In this document: positions 18,778 to 27,558 of the stretch, piece after piece | How the letters are laid out: every line of letters begins with the position of its first letter | Numbering within the stretch: the stretch's first letter is position 1 | Notes under the pieces: generated by a model | What the model was told of the DNA's origin: nothing | What the model saw: the letters and a program-made list of their open reading frames with translations, nothing else | Databases searched by the model: none | Made by a program: the position numbers and the translations under genes | Assembly: GCA_016180435.1 (NCBI GenBank) | Contig: JACPBG010000004.1 | Span: 59,660-123,659, forward strand | Direction: 5' to 3' | DNA length: 64,000 bases | Origin: Candidatus Sungiibacteriota bacterium | GTDB lineage: Bacteria; Patescibacteriota; Minisyncoccia; Sungbacterales; HO2-52-23

Positions 18778-19656
18778 ATGATTATGATCCCTTCTCTCGG
18801 TATTTTTTTTGCGATTCTGGCTATGGTGCTTTGGGGGCTGGAAGAGCTTTTTTTAAAAGAATCCCTTGAGCGCCTGCGAAGCACCACGACCTACTTTATT
18901 AACACCGTAAGCGGGGTTTTACTGCAAACCGCGGTAATTTTTTTATTTTGGGGAGGCGGCATAACGCTTTTGGCTCCGAATGATTTTCTTCTGGCGGTTT
19001 TAAGCGCCGGGGTGGCTTTTCTTGGTTTTTATCTTTTCTATCTTGCTCTGGAGCGCCAAAAATTATCGCTTATATCCTCACTGGACGAGAGCTGGATTAT
19101 CGTTACGATTCTGATCGCGGTATTCTTTTTCGGCGAAACATTAAGCCCGCTTCACATATTTTCGATTGTTATCGTGCTTTCGGGCGCATTGTTGATTTCC
19201 GCGGATATTTCAAATCTGCGCAATTTATCGTTTATTTCCGGCTCCGGATATGAATTTTTATCGATCATTTTGATCGGCATCTCCATCCCACTTGAGAAAA
19301 TAGTGCTTGATCGGATCGGTGAAGTAAATGCCATTTTTTATTTAAGCGCGTTGGTTATCCCGTTTATCCTTATCACAAAATTTTTGCGGGGCCATACTTT
19401 TGTAAAAGCACCCGGCAAGATTTTTCGGATAGCGGTATATTCCGGTTTTGCCGACGGACTTGCATTTTTATTCTATCTGCTCGCCATTCAAAGCGTTGCG
19501 ATCTCCATAGTATCCCCCATTGTCGCGTCCAGCGTGGTGGTGTCGGTGATCCTTGCGCGGATATATCTTAAGGAGCGCACGGCGTCCAAAGAGATTTTCG
19601 GAGCGTGTCTAATTCTGGCTGGCGTGATTATTCTTTCCATACTGTCTCCGACATAA
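18778..19656 (+). CDS. EamA/DMT-family transporter
   Basis: Ten hydrophobic segments in two repeats (FFGETLS, YLKER). Confidence 0.85.
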   Translation: MIMIPSLGIFFAILAMVLWGLEELFLKESLERLRSTTTYFINTVSGVLLQTAVIFLFWGGGITLLAPNDFLLAVLSAGVAFLGFYLFYLALERQKLSLISSLDESWIIVTILIAVFFFGETLSPLHIFSIVIVLSGALLISADISNLRNLSFISGSGYEFLSIILIGISIPLEKIVLDRIGEVNAIFYLSALVIPFILITKFLRGHTFVKAPGKIFRIAVYSGFADGLAFLFYLLAIQSVAISIVSPIVASSVVVSVILARIYLKERTASKEIFGACLILAGVIILSILSPT

Positions 19657-19672
19657 GGAGGTCTTATGTGTC

Positions 19673-21865
19673 ATGTCTATTTTGGATATTCCAATTGAAA
19701 ACGCGCCGCGGATCAACCGCCGCATTATTCCGGCGCTTAGGCGTTTGGGCATAAAAACCGTGCGCGATATTTTGTTTCATTTTCCCTCGCGCTATGAAGA
19801 TTTTTCGAACGAGAAACAAATTTCTGAAATAAAAATCGGAGAGATAGTAACCATATCCGGAATTATTAAAAGAACCGCTTTGCACCGCACGGCCCGCAAA
19901 CATATGGCGCTGGTGGAGGCGGTGGTTTCGGACGAGAGCGGATCCATAAAAGCCGTTTGGTTCAACCAGCCGTATCTTTTGCGGAATTTCAGAATCGGCA
20001 ACGCTCTGCGCCTTTCCGGAAAAATTGCCCGCGGACCCAAAGGAGTTTATCTGCAAAATCCCGCATACGAGAAGTTATCAGCTACCAGCTACCAACTACC
20101 AGCTCAACAAAGTATCCATACTGGAGGACTGGTTGCAATTTATCCGGAAACGCGGGGCATTACTTCGCGTTGGTTGAGGTTCTTGGTAAAGACCTTTATT
20201 GATCAGAGAAAATTTATAATTGATCCTCTGTCGACCGATGTGCGGAAAAAGCATGTTCTTCCGGATATTCAAACCGCGCTCAAAGTAATCCATTTTCCGC
20301 AAGATAAAAAGGAATCAAATCAGGCGCGACGTCGGTTCGTTTTTGAGGAACTTTTTTTAATCCAACTTCGTGCGCTTCGCGCCCGGGCGTTACTTAAGCA
20401 ATACTCGGCTCCCCAGATTCCGACCAATTTGCCGCTTCTTAAAGAATTCGTGGCGTCTTTGCCTTTTAAGTTGACCGATGCCCAGCGCCGATCCGTGTGG
20501 GAAATCGCGAAAGATATAGAAAAACCGCGTCCCATGAACCGTCTGCTGGAGGGAGATGTGGGGTCCGGAAAAACCGTGGTTGCGGCCGCAGCCGCATTGC
20601 TTGCGGTTCGCGCGGGATACAAGATCGCATTTATGGCGCCCACCGAAATTCTGGCGCACCAGCACTATGATACGTTTCAGAAAATACTTGAGCCGTTTGA
20701 TATAAAAATTGGAATTTTGACCGGCGCGAAAAAATTAGCACAAAATGCGGACATAATAGTCGGCACGCATGCGCTTCTCCACCCCGTTAGAAGTAAGACG
20801 TCGGGGGCGTCTGCCGATCCAATTTTATCGGATCGGACTTCTAACGGGGTAAAAAAATCCGCCAGGTTTGAAAATTTGGGGCTGGTGATTATTGACGAAC
20901 AGCATCGTTTCGGAGTCCAGCAACGAGCGGCGCTTGTTGTACGCGGATCTGCGTTGCTGCCCCACTTTTTAAGCATGAGTGCAACCCCCATTCCGCGCAC
21001 TCTTGCCCTTACAATCTATGGAGACTTGGACCTTTCCATATTGGATGAGATGCCAAAATCGCGGAAACAGGTTATTACGAGAATCATAGAGCCGGGGAAA
21101 CGGAATGAGGCATACCAATTTATTCGATCAGAAGTAAAAAAAGAAAGACAAGTTTTTGTGATATGTCCGCGCATAGAGCCATCACCAACGAATAACCCCG
21201 AAGTAGAACCATCGGTTCACTACGGGGCAGGCGAATCCGGCGCGAATAAACGAATAAATGAATCGGCGTTTCGCTTGTGGGAGGTTAGGGCGGTGAAAGA
21301 TGAATATAAAAAACTTTCCGAAACAATTTTTCCCGAATTTAAAATAGGAATGCTTCACGGCAAATTAAAATCCAAAGAAAAAGAGGCGGTGATGAAAAAA
21401 TTTAAAAGCGGAGAAATCGATATTCTGGTTTCAACTTCGGTGGTGGAGGTCGGCGTGGATATACAAAATGCCACGATCATGATTATAGAGGGCGCGGAGC
21501 GTTTCGGGCTGGCACAACTTCATCAATTCCGCGGCCGCGTGGGGCGCGGGACTGATCAATCATATTGTTTTCTTTTTCCCACCGAGGACGGCATGGTAAC
21601 GCGGCGTCTGCGCGCGGTGGTGGATGCCAGAAACGGATTTGAGCTGGCGGAGCAGGATCTGAAAATCCGCGGTCCCGGCGATCTTTTCGGGACGGAACAA
21701 TGGGGAATTTCGGATACGGCCATGGCCGCAATTACCGATTCGGTTTTGGTCCGAGAGGTGCGCTCTGCCGCTTATGATTTGATGCGTGAAGACCCCCTGC
21801 TTTTACTTGTGCCGGAGTTAAAGCGCAAACTTGAAGAGATTGAAAAAACAGCTCATCCGGAATAA
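19673..21865 (+). CDS. recG: ATP-dependent DNA helicase RecG
   Basis: RLLEGDVGSGKT, IIDEQHRFGV, MSATPIPRTL, QLHQFRGRVGRG. Confidence 0.97.
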   Translation: MSILDIPIENAPRINRRIIPALRRLGIKTVRDILFHFPSRYEDFSNEKQISEIKIGEIVTISGIIKRTALHRTARKHMALVEAVVSDESGSIKAVWFNQPYLLRNFRIGNALRLSGKIARGPKGVYLQNPAYEKLSATSYQLPAQQSIHTGGLVAIYPETRGITSRWLRFLVKTFIDQRKFIIDPLSTDVRKKHVLPDIQTALKVIHFPQDKKESNQARRRFVFEELFLIQLRALRARALLKQYSAPQIPTNLPLLKEFVASLPFKLTDAQRRSVWEIAKDIEKPRPMNRLLEGDVGSGKTVVAAAAALLAVRAGYKIAFMAPTEILAHQHYDTFQKILEPFDIKIGILTGAKKLAQNADIIVGTHALLHPVRSKTSGASADPILSDRTSNGVKKSARFENLGLVIIDEQHRFGVQQRAALVVRGSALLPHFLSMSATPIPRTLALTIYGDLDLSILDEMPKSRKQVITRIIEPGKRNEAYQFIRSEVKKERQVFVICPRIEPSPTNNPEVEPSVHYGAGESGANKRINESAFRLWEVRAVKDEYKKLSETIFPEFKIGMLHGKLKSKEKEAVMKKFKSGEIDILVSTSVVEVGVDIQNATIMIIEGAERFGLAQLHQFRGRVGRGTDQSYCFLFPTEDGMVTRRLRAVVDARNGFELAEQDLKIRGPGDLFGTEQWGISDTAMAAITDSVLVREVRSAAYDLMREDPLLLLVPELKRKLEEIEKTAHPE
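20782..20849. repeat. CCCCGTTAGAA element, in frame in recG
   Basis: ccccgttagaagt...acttctaacgggg; peptide PVRSKTSGASADPILSDRTSNG. Confidence 0.85.
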
Positions 21866-21896
21866 AAATCCATTCTCCGACTTAATTTTAATTCCT

Positions 21897-21934
21897 ATCT
21901 TATGCTTACGCGCGATCGCGCGTAAGCATAAGAT
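21897..21934. repeat. 38-bp perfect palindrome between convergent genes
   Basis: atcttatgcttacgcgcga|tcgcgcgtaagcataagat. Confidence 0.9.
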
Positions 21935-22015
21935 GGAAAAGTGTGCGAATAAAAAGTGTGCGAATAAAAAATGTACCGAATTTAGTTCGGTACAATACCG
22001 CATTCGCATCGGTTT

Positions 22016-22612
22016 CTACTGCAAAATGTCTTTTTCGGGAATATAAATTCCTTGCTCGCGAAGCCATTCCAAATTCTTTTGATCGCCCGTATTTACATAA
22101 CGCTTCCACACGGCGGTAACCACCTCAAGTTCTATGCCGACATTTCCCTCTACCAGCACATGGGAAAAGACCCGGACGAATTTATGGATATCGGCAGCCA
22201 GTGTATTGAAAGTAACTGCTTGGCCGACCTCTCTAATTATTCGTTCATATAGCTTTTGATATGCGGTCGCGGCGGTTTGAATATAATATTCCGTCCCCAA
22301 AATTCGGTGGGAAATAAGTTTTTGGGCAGTAAATACGCCGGAAACCAAAAGGGCTGTATCTCCAATGTATTTTATTCTTAAATTTGCCTCTCGTCCGTTT
22401 TGCGGCAGAAGCAAATAAAGAATTGTATTCAGGTGATATTCGTTCAGGACACCTTTTTCTTTACAAAAAAATTCCATGAGAACATCAACAAGGTAACTTT
22501 CTACCATAAGATAATCATTGGTTAGGGGAAGATTTTGAACTTCCCAAATTTTGTCAAGGAGCTCCCGAAAAAGTTCGGGCGGAGTGGTAACTGTATCAAT
22601 AATGGGTTTCAT
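22016..22612 (-). CDS. Conserved hypothetical protein (GDxALxxSGVF...YY motif)
   Basis: YLVDVL, KYIGDTALLVSGVF, EYYIQTAATAY; last gene of the PrkA cluster. Confidence 0.75.
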   Translation of the reverse strand: MKPIIDTVTTPPELFRELLDKIWEVQNLPLTNDYLMVESYLVDVLMEFFCKEKGVLNEYHLNTILYLLLPQNGREANLRIKYIGDTALLVSGVFTAQKLISHRILGTEYYIQTAATAYQKLYERIIREVGQAVTFNTLAADIHKFVRVFSHVLVEGNVGIELEVVTAVWKRYVNTGDQKNLEWLREQGIYIPEKDILQ

Positions 22613-22684
22613 GGCCGCCCCCCGGTTCCGGAATAAATATATATAAATATACTACCCTATTATTCTAAAAATAAAAGCCCGCTC

Positions 22685-24145
22685 TTATTGAACGGGTTTG
22701 AATACTAATTGATTTTCGGAAACGCAAAGCAGCGTTTCTTTGCCATTGACGGTCGTATTCAGGACCACTTCGTGCCCCCAAAGCTGGCGAAGATACTGGA
22801 GCGTCTTCTCGGCATATTCTAACTGGAGGTCGCGGCCGTCATGGGCGTGCTTCAAATATAGCGTTCGCTCACTGTTATAATCGGCATCCTCAACTTTAAT
22901 GACCGGTATGGTTCCGGTGCCGACGTTTTGAATCAAAGTGTCTTTGATGCTCCGCCAGTTCTCCTCGTCGGCGACGCGGCTGATGACTTTGTCGTTGCCC
23001 CTGGTTTGATATTCAAACAGTTTGAGTTCGCGAACCAGGTCTTCAGTAAGGAATCGTCGAAGAAAAGATGTGTCCCGCTCAACTTCGCGCACCACAAATA
23101 TTTTATTCCTGCCCTGCATTGTTTTTATGTTCCAGTCGCTTCGTTCGCTAGCCGTACACAAATCATATTCCGGACCGAAACGGCCTTTATCCCACCGCTC
23201 TTCAATGTCTTCCCAGATTTTCATGCCAACATGATACGGATTTAGGCCGCCCGGAGTCGGACAGAGCACCTGCGTGTGGCGCACGATGAACTCCATATGT
23301 AGGTTTTGAGGCAGTTCTAGGGATTCAAGGATTCGTTTGTGCCAGAAGCTTGCCCAACCCTCGTTCATAATCTTGGTTTCCATCTGGGGAATGAAATACT
23401 GCGCTTGTTCGTGTACGATGGTCAAAAGGTCTTTTTCCCATTCCGCCAAGTGCGGGTTATGATCCCGCACAAAGAGAAGTATGTCTTCTTCCGGATAGGG
23501 CGGGACCTTTGTCAAGTCGGGTTCCACGTGTTCTACTCTCCGATGGATGGCGTGGTGCGGGTCATGCCTTGGCCTTGATTCATCGATTTTTCGTTCTTTC
23601 TGCTCTTTCTCGGTTTCTTTCTTGATGGAAAGATTCCGTCGGCATTGGAGCGATAGCGCGTGCGCCGCGTCAAGTACGCGCTCAACTTTTTCCAGTCCAA
23701 TGCTTGGATCCTCAATGTAGTGGCGCACGCGGTTGGCGTGAGCCTTGAATGTTTCAATAGTGTATTCCGTCTGGGTGGTTCTGAAAGTGAAGTTGTTCTT
23801 AAAAAAGTCGTTGTGCGCGTATACATGGGCGATGGTGAGAACCTGCAAGGCCAGACTGTTATCGCGCATGAGATAGGCGATGGAGGGATTGGAATTGATC
23901 ACCATCTCGTAGGGCAGGCCGCTGAGACCGTAGTCGTAAAGGGTTTTGAGTTTCTCGAACCCCTTGCCGTAAGACCAGTGGGGATAGTGGGAGGGCATGC
24001 CGGAATAGACCATATAAGAGAGCATCTGTTCATAGTCGCAGACCTCGAATTCCTGGGAATAGGGGTCAAGACCGAATTTTTGCACCAGTTCAACGATACG
24101 CTGGTTCCACTCCTGGAGATCTTCGGTTGTCCATTCTCTACTCAT
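22685..24145 (-). CDS. spoVR: SpoVR/YcgB-family protein
   Basis: GMPSHYPHWSYG, YEMVINSNP, AHVYAHNDFFKNN, TKIMNEGWASFWH. Confidence 0.96.
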   Translation of the reverse strand: MSREWTTEDLQEWNQRIVELVQKFGLDPYSQEFEVCDYEQMLSYMVYSGMPSHYPHWSYGKGFEKLKTLYDYGLSGLPYEMVINSNPSIAYLMRDNSLALQVLTIAHVYAHNDFFKNNFTFRTTQTEYTIETFKAHANRVRHYIEDPSIGLEKVERVLDAAHALSLQCRRNLSIKKETEKEQKERKIDESRPRHDPHHAIHRRVEHVEPDLTKVPPYPEEDILLFVRDHNPHLAEWEKDLLTIVHEQAQYFIPQMETKIMNEGWASFWHKRILESLELPQNLHMEFIVRHTQVLCPTPGGLNPYHVGMKIWEDIEERWDKGRFGPEYDLCTASERSDWNIKTMQGRNKIFVVREVERDTSFLRRFLTEDLVRELKLFEYQTRGNDKVISRVADEENWRSIKDTLIQNVGTGTIPVIKVEDADYNSERTLYLKHAHDGRDLQLEYAEKTLQYLRQLWGHEVVLNTTVNGKETLLCVSENQLVFKPVQ

Positions 24146-25331
24146 AATTCACCTCGTTTTTAATGTTTGCGCGGTCTTTGGCAAGAAAGGTCTTGAAGGC
24201 GGACCAGATATCCTCTTTGCGCTGGATTTGCACCGTGAGGAAGTTGGGCTCCTGGATCTGCGAGAAATACTGAATCATGCTGCTGCCGTAGTAGCCCGCG
24301 CCCAAGGGCTTGATTTCGCCGTAGCCAAACAGATTGGATATTTTGGCGAGTTCCCGCGCGGAATTTAGCGCGGCGGTATTGTCGGATTCGAAATTGTCGC
24401 CGTCGGAACAGTGAAAGGCGTAAACGTTCCAGAGAGCGGGATGATATCGTTCATTGATGACCTCCAGGGCCTTGTTGTAGCCGGATGAGATAAAGGTTCC
24501 GCCGGATTCGCCCTTGTGGAAAAACTCTTCCTCGGTCACTTCGCGGGCTTCGGTGTGATGGGCGATGAACACGATCTCGACGTTCTGATAGCGCGTGCGC
24601 AGGAATTGGTACAGTAAAAAGAAGAAACTGCGCGCTAGATACTTTTTCATTGTATCCATGGAGCCGGAAGTATCCATGATGGCCATAACTACGGCGTTGG
24701 ATTCGCGCCGCATCTCTTTGACAACATGGTGGTAGCGCAGATCATCCTCGTGAAAAGGAAAGCGCTCGCCGTGAAGATTCGCGGCACCGGAGCGATGTGC
24801 GGATTTTTTGCGTCGTACTCGGGCACGGGCAGTGCGTTTTTTGTCCAAGCGCACGCGGATGCCTTTTTTTCGGAATCCTTTTTGGCGGAGATGGTCTACC
24901 GTCACGATTTCGCGTAAGTGCTTGCGTTCCAGATCCGGCAGTTCCAGGTCTTCGAACATCACTTCAATCAACTCATCGAGGCTGACCTCGGTCTCGTAGT
25001 AATCAACGCCGGCTTGGTCTCCGGCTTGCTGGCCCTGAGCGCCTTTTTTGCCTTGGCCAATGGTTTGTCCGGGCTGCAGGTCACCGTCCCCGCCTTGTCC
25101 CACGCCGGGCGCGTTCTCTCCGTAAACGAAACGGTATTCTTTTACACCTCGAATCGGCACTTTGATCACGCGGTTTTTGTCTTTGCCGATAATGGATTCT
25201 TCGGCGATGATGTCGGCGATGTTGTTACGAATCGCCTCGCGTACTTTCTGGCGGTGGCGCTGGCGATCCCCGGCCGATCGGTCGCTGCGCTGTCCGGAGG
25301 AAGGGTGATATGGCCGAAATATAGTATCCAT
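24138..25331 (-). CDS. yeaH: YeaH/YhbH (DUF444) vWA-like protein
   Basis: SNAVVMAIMDTSGSM, ESGGTFISS, HCSDGDN. Confidence 0.95.
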   Translation of the reverse strand: MDTIFRPYHPSSGQRSDRSAGDRQRHRQKVREAIRNNIADIIAEESIIGKDKNRVIKVPIRGVKEYRFVYGENAPGVGQGGDGDLQPGQTIGQGKKGAQGQQAGDQAGVDYYETEVSLDELIEVMFEDLELPDLERKHLREIVTVDHLRQKGFRKKGIRVRLDKKRTARARVRRKKSAHRSGAANLHGERFPFHEDDLRYHHVVKEMRRESNAVVMAIMDTSGSMDTMKKYLARSFFFLLYQFLRTRYQNVEIVFIAHHTEAREVTEEEFFHKGESGGTFISSGYNKALEVINERYHPALWNVYAFHCSDGDNFESDNTAALNSARELAKISNLFGYGEIKPLGAGYYGSSMIQYFSQIQEPNFLTVQIQRKEDIWSAFKTFLAKDRANIKNEVNYE

Positions 25332-25435
25332 CCGATAAACCTCCAATTGTAAAAGGCCTGTTTCTGTATTCGTAGTAGTATCATAATCGGCAAATAAAGT
25401 CCACGGATAAAAAAAGACACCCTGGCCGGGTGCCG

Positions 25436-27391
25436 TTATTTAAAAATTCGTCTGGCGTAGCTTAACAGGTTCTGCCAGCAACACTCCCGGTATCCTCTAT
25501 TCTGCAATAGTTCTTTCTTTATTTTGTCTAGGTTCTGCTTGGCTTTGTTGGGGTCAATCCCTTTGTCTTTCTCTTGATCCAGTGAATTCCAACATACTGC
25601 ACGCCTCACTATATCGTGATATTCGCTTATGATTTGCTTGGTCACCGCTTCTTCGAGCGGCAGATGGCTATCAAAATCATACGGCGGATCTCCCGGCAGG
25701 TTAGAATCCACACATTTTCTGAAATCATCGGCAGCTACTCCAATCACCGCGATTTGTTCCTCAATCTTTTCAAGAAAGTCCCGATTTGGATCTATGCACG
25801 TCACCTTGTTTTCGGCGTCCCGGATTTCAACTTTTTGTTTTTTTAAAAGGGCTTTCGTGTGAACCGCATAATCGTTGAAATACGTTTTTTGCCGCTCGGT
25901 GAATGCGGAGGATCCGACATGGCCGCGTACCAAATCTTCAAAGGCGCGATCTTGATACCAATCCCCCTCCAGCGGCGCGTGATCATATTCTCCCGATGAA
26001 TTCTTATCAATGGGGACCCACTTTTTTATCCGCGCCAAAGAGTCGCTTTCAAGGTTTTCAAAATTGGCTTCACGAATCGTCCTGATAAATTGGTTGATGC
26101 CTATGCAATTGTTCTGTTGCCCGGCCAACGCCATCAGATTGCCACCTTGGCGCATAGTCAGGCCGCGCGTTCCGTCTTTAGGCCTTTTATCACAGAGTTC
26201 TCGAAAACTATGTTTGACGAGGAATTTTCTATCGTCAGAAATCATGGCGCCGCCGCCGTAAAAAAGCGCCGCCTCGGCATTTTCGAGCTTCAGCTTATAT
26301 GGATAGTTATCCGTGTCAAGACGAGATGCGGTTATTACCTGACAGGCGGCCTCCTCTACCCACGGGACAAAGTGAAAACTGCGTCCCTCACTCATTGATT
26401 CTTTGCGCTGAATCTTAAGTTCCGCAACCGGATCCATAACCATAGGAAATGTTACGGAAACCACTCGATCAATGAGCGCGTCCTCTTTTGGAAACGCCTC
26501 TTTGATCGTTTTATTACTAATGCTTACAACCGCTATGTCCGGCCACCAGTCGGTTTGATCCCGGCCCTTGAACCAGCCGTCGCTGACCATCCGGCTTAAC
26601 CTGCCGCAAAATTCTAGGTTTTGTGCGGGAAAGTCAACAAAGAAAAGCCCACCGTTGGCCAAATCAATTACTCGGTACCAATCCTCCGGAATTTTTGAAA
26701 CCCTGCCTTCCTTGTCAAATTCCGGTTCAGTCAACCTCCCCTCGATCTGCAACATCCCGATACCTGCCCCCAGGCGGTATTCAGATGATTTTACCGGCAT
26801 ATTTTCCCATTTTCCGCCAAATTCATTTTGAAAACGCTCTTCGCATCCTCGACACAGCCGTCCTCGAAAACGAGACAGGCGAGAAGCTATATTTTCATGG
26901 CATAACACCTTTTGAATATCATCCCGCGGGTGTCCTATTTTTTTCCGCAGTGTACGCGGAATGGCGTTTAACGGATGCTCGTGGTGCGGACATTCCTCAA
27001 GGTAAAAAAAGCTTTCTTCTTCCATTTTGTCCGCGATGAGTTTCAGCCACGTTGTCTTTCCTACCCCGGTTTTGCCGGTGACCTCGAGTATTCTCCGCTC
27101 CATGGCTCCGCCGGATGCTGCTTGTCTGAAGAATTCGCCTGTTTCCGCCAAATAGGGATCAATGCCGACAAGTTCATTTTTGAACAAAGGAAAACGCATA
27201 TACTGCGGCGGTTGATTGTGAAACAGATTTTTCTCACGCGGGGCCTTGAGCTCCGATAGGATTTCCGGCCCCTCCCCGTTTATAGTCGAGGAAATCGCTT
27301 TCCATACTTTGCTGTATGCGCGATCAAGCAGTTCGGGTTTTTCCTGGGCGCACCTTAAAAGGTCTCCAATTGTTTTGATTTCGCTTGACAT
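25436..27391 (-). CDS. Highly divergent PrkA-like AAA+ ATPase
   Basis: Walker A GKTGVGKTT, ECPHHEHPL, LCRGC, FLEKIEEQIAVIG and C-terminal GYRECC parallel the adjacent PrkA. Confidence 0.75.
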   Translation of the reverse strand: MSSEIKTIGDLLRCAQEKPELLDRAYSKVWKAISSTINGEGPEILSELKAPREKNLFHNQPPQYMRFPLFKNELVGIDPYLAETGEFFRQAASGGAMERRILEVTGKTGVGKTTWLKLIADKMEEESFFYLEECPHHEHPLNAIPRTLRKKIGHPRDDIQKVLCHENIASRLSRFRGRLCRGCEERFQNEFGGKWENMPVKSSEYRLGAGIGMLQIEGRLTEPEFDKEGRVSKIPEDWYRVIDLANGGLFFVDFPAQNLEFCGRLSRMVSDGWFKGRDQTDWWPDIAVVSISNKTIKEAFPKEDALIDRVVSVTFPMVMDPVAELKIQRKESMSEGRSFHFVPWVEEAACQVITASRLDTDNYPYKLKLENAEAALFYGGGAMISDDRKFLVKHSFRELCDKRPKDGTRGLTMRQGGNLMALAGQQNNCIGINQFIRTIREANFENLESDSLARIKKWVPIDKNSSGEYDHAPLEGDWYQDRAFEDLVRGHVGSSAFTERQKTYFNDYAVHTKALLKKQKVEIRDAENKVTCIDPNRDFLEKIEEQIAVIGVAADDFRKCVDSNLPGDPPYDFDSHLPLEEAVTKQIISEYHDIVRRAVCWNSLDQEKDKGIDPNKAKQNLDKIKKELLQNRGYRECCWQNLLSYARRIFK

Positions 27392-27558
27392 TTTGTCAGC
27401 TCCTTTTCCGATTCTGATTTTATTCAAAAGTTAACGTGCTGGGTTAGATATACGACATAATTATATAAAATACAAGGGCGTCTCGTACCAAATAAAATTC
27501 CCGTCACGTAAACGTAACGGGCTACTAAGTTCTAAGATCTAAGTTCTTGGTGCTTGTC

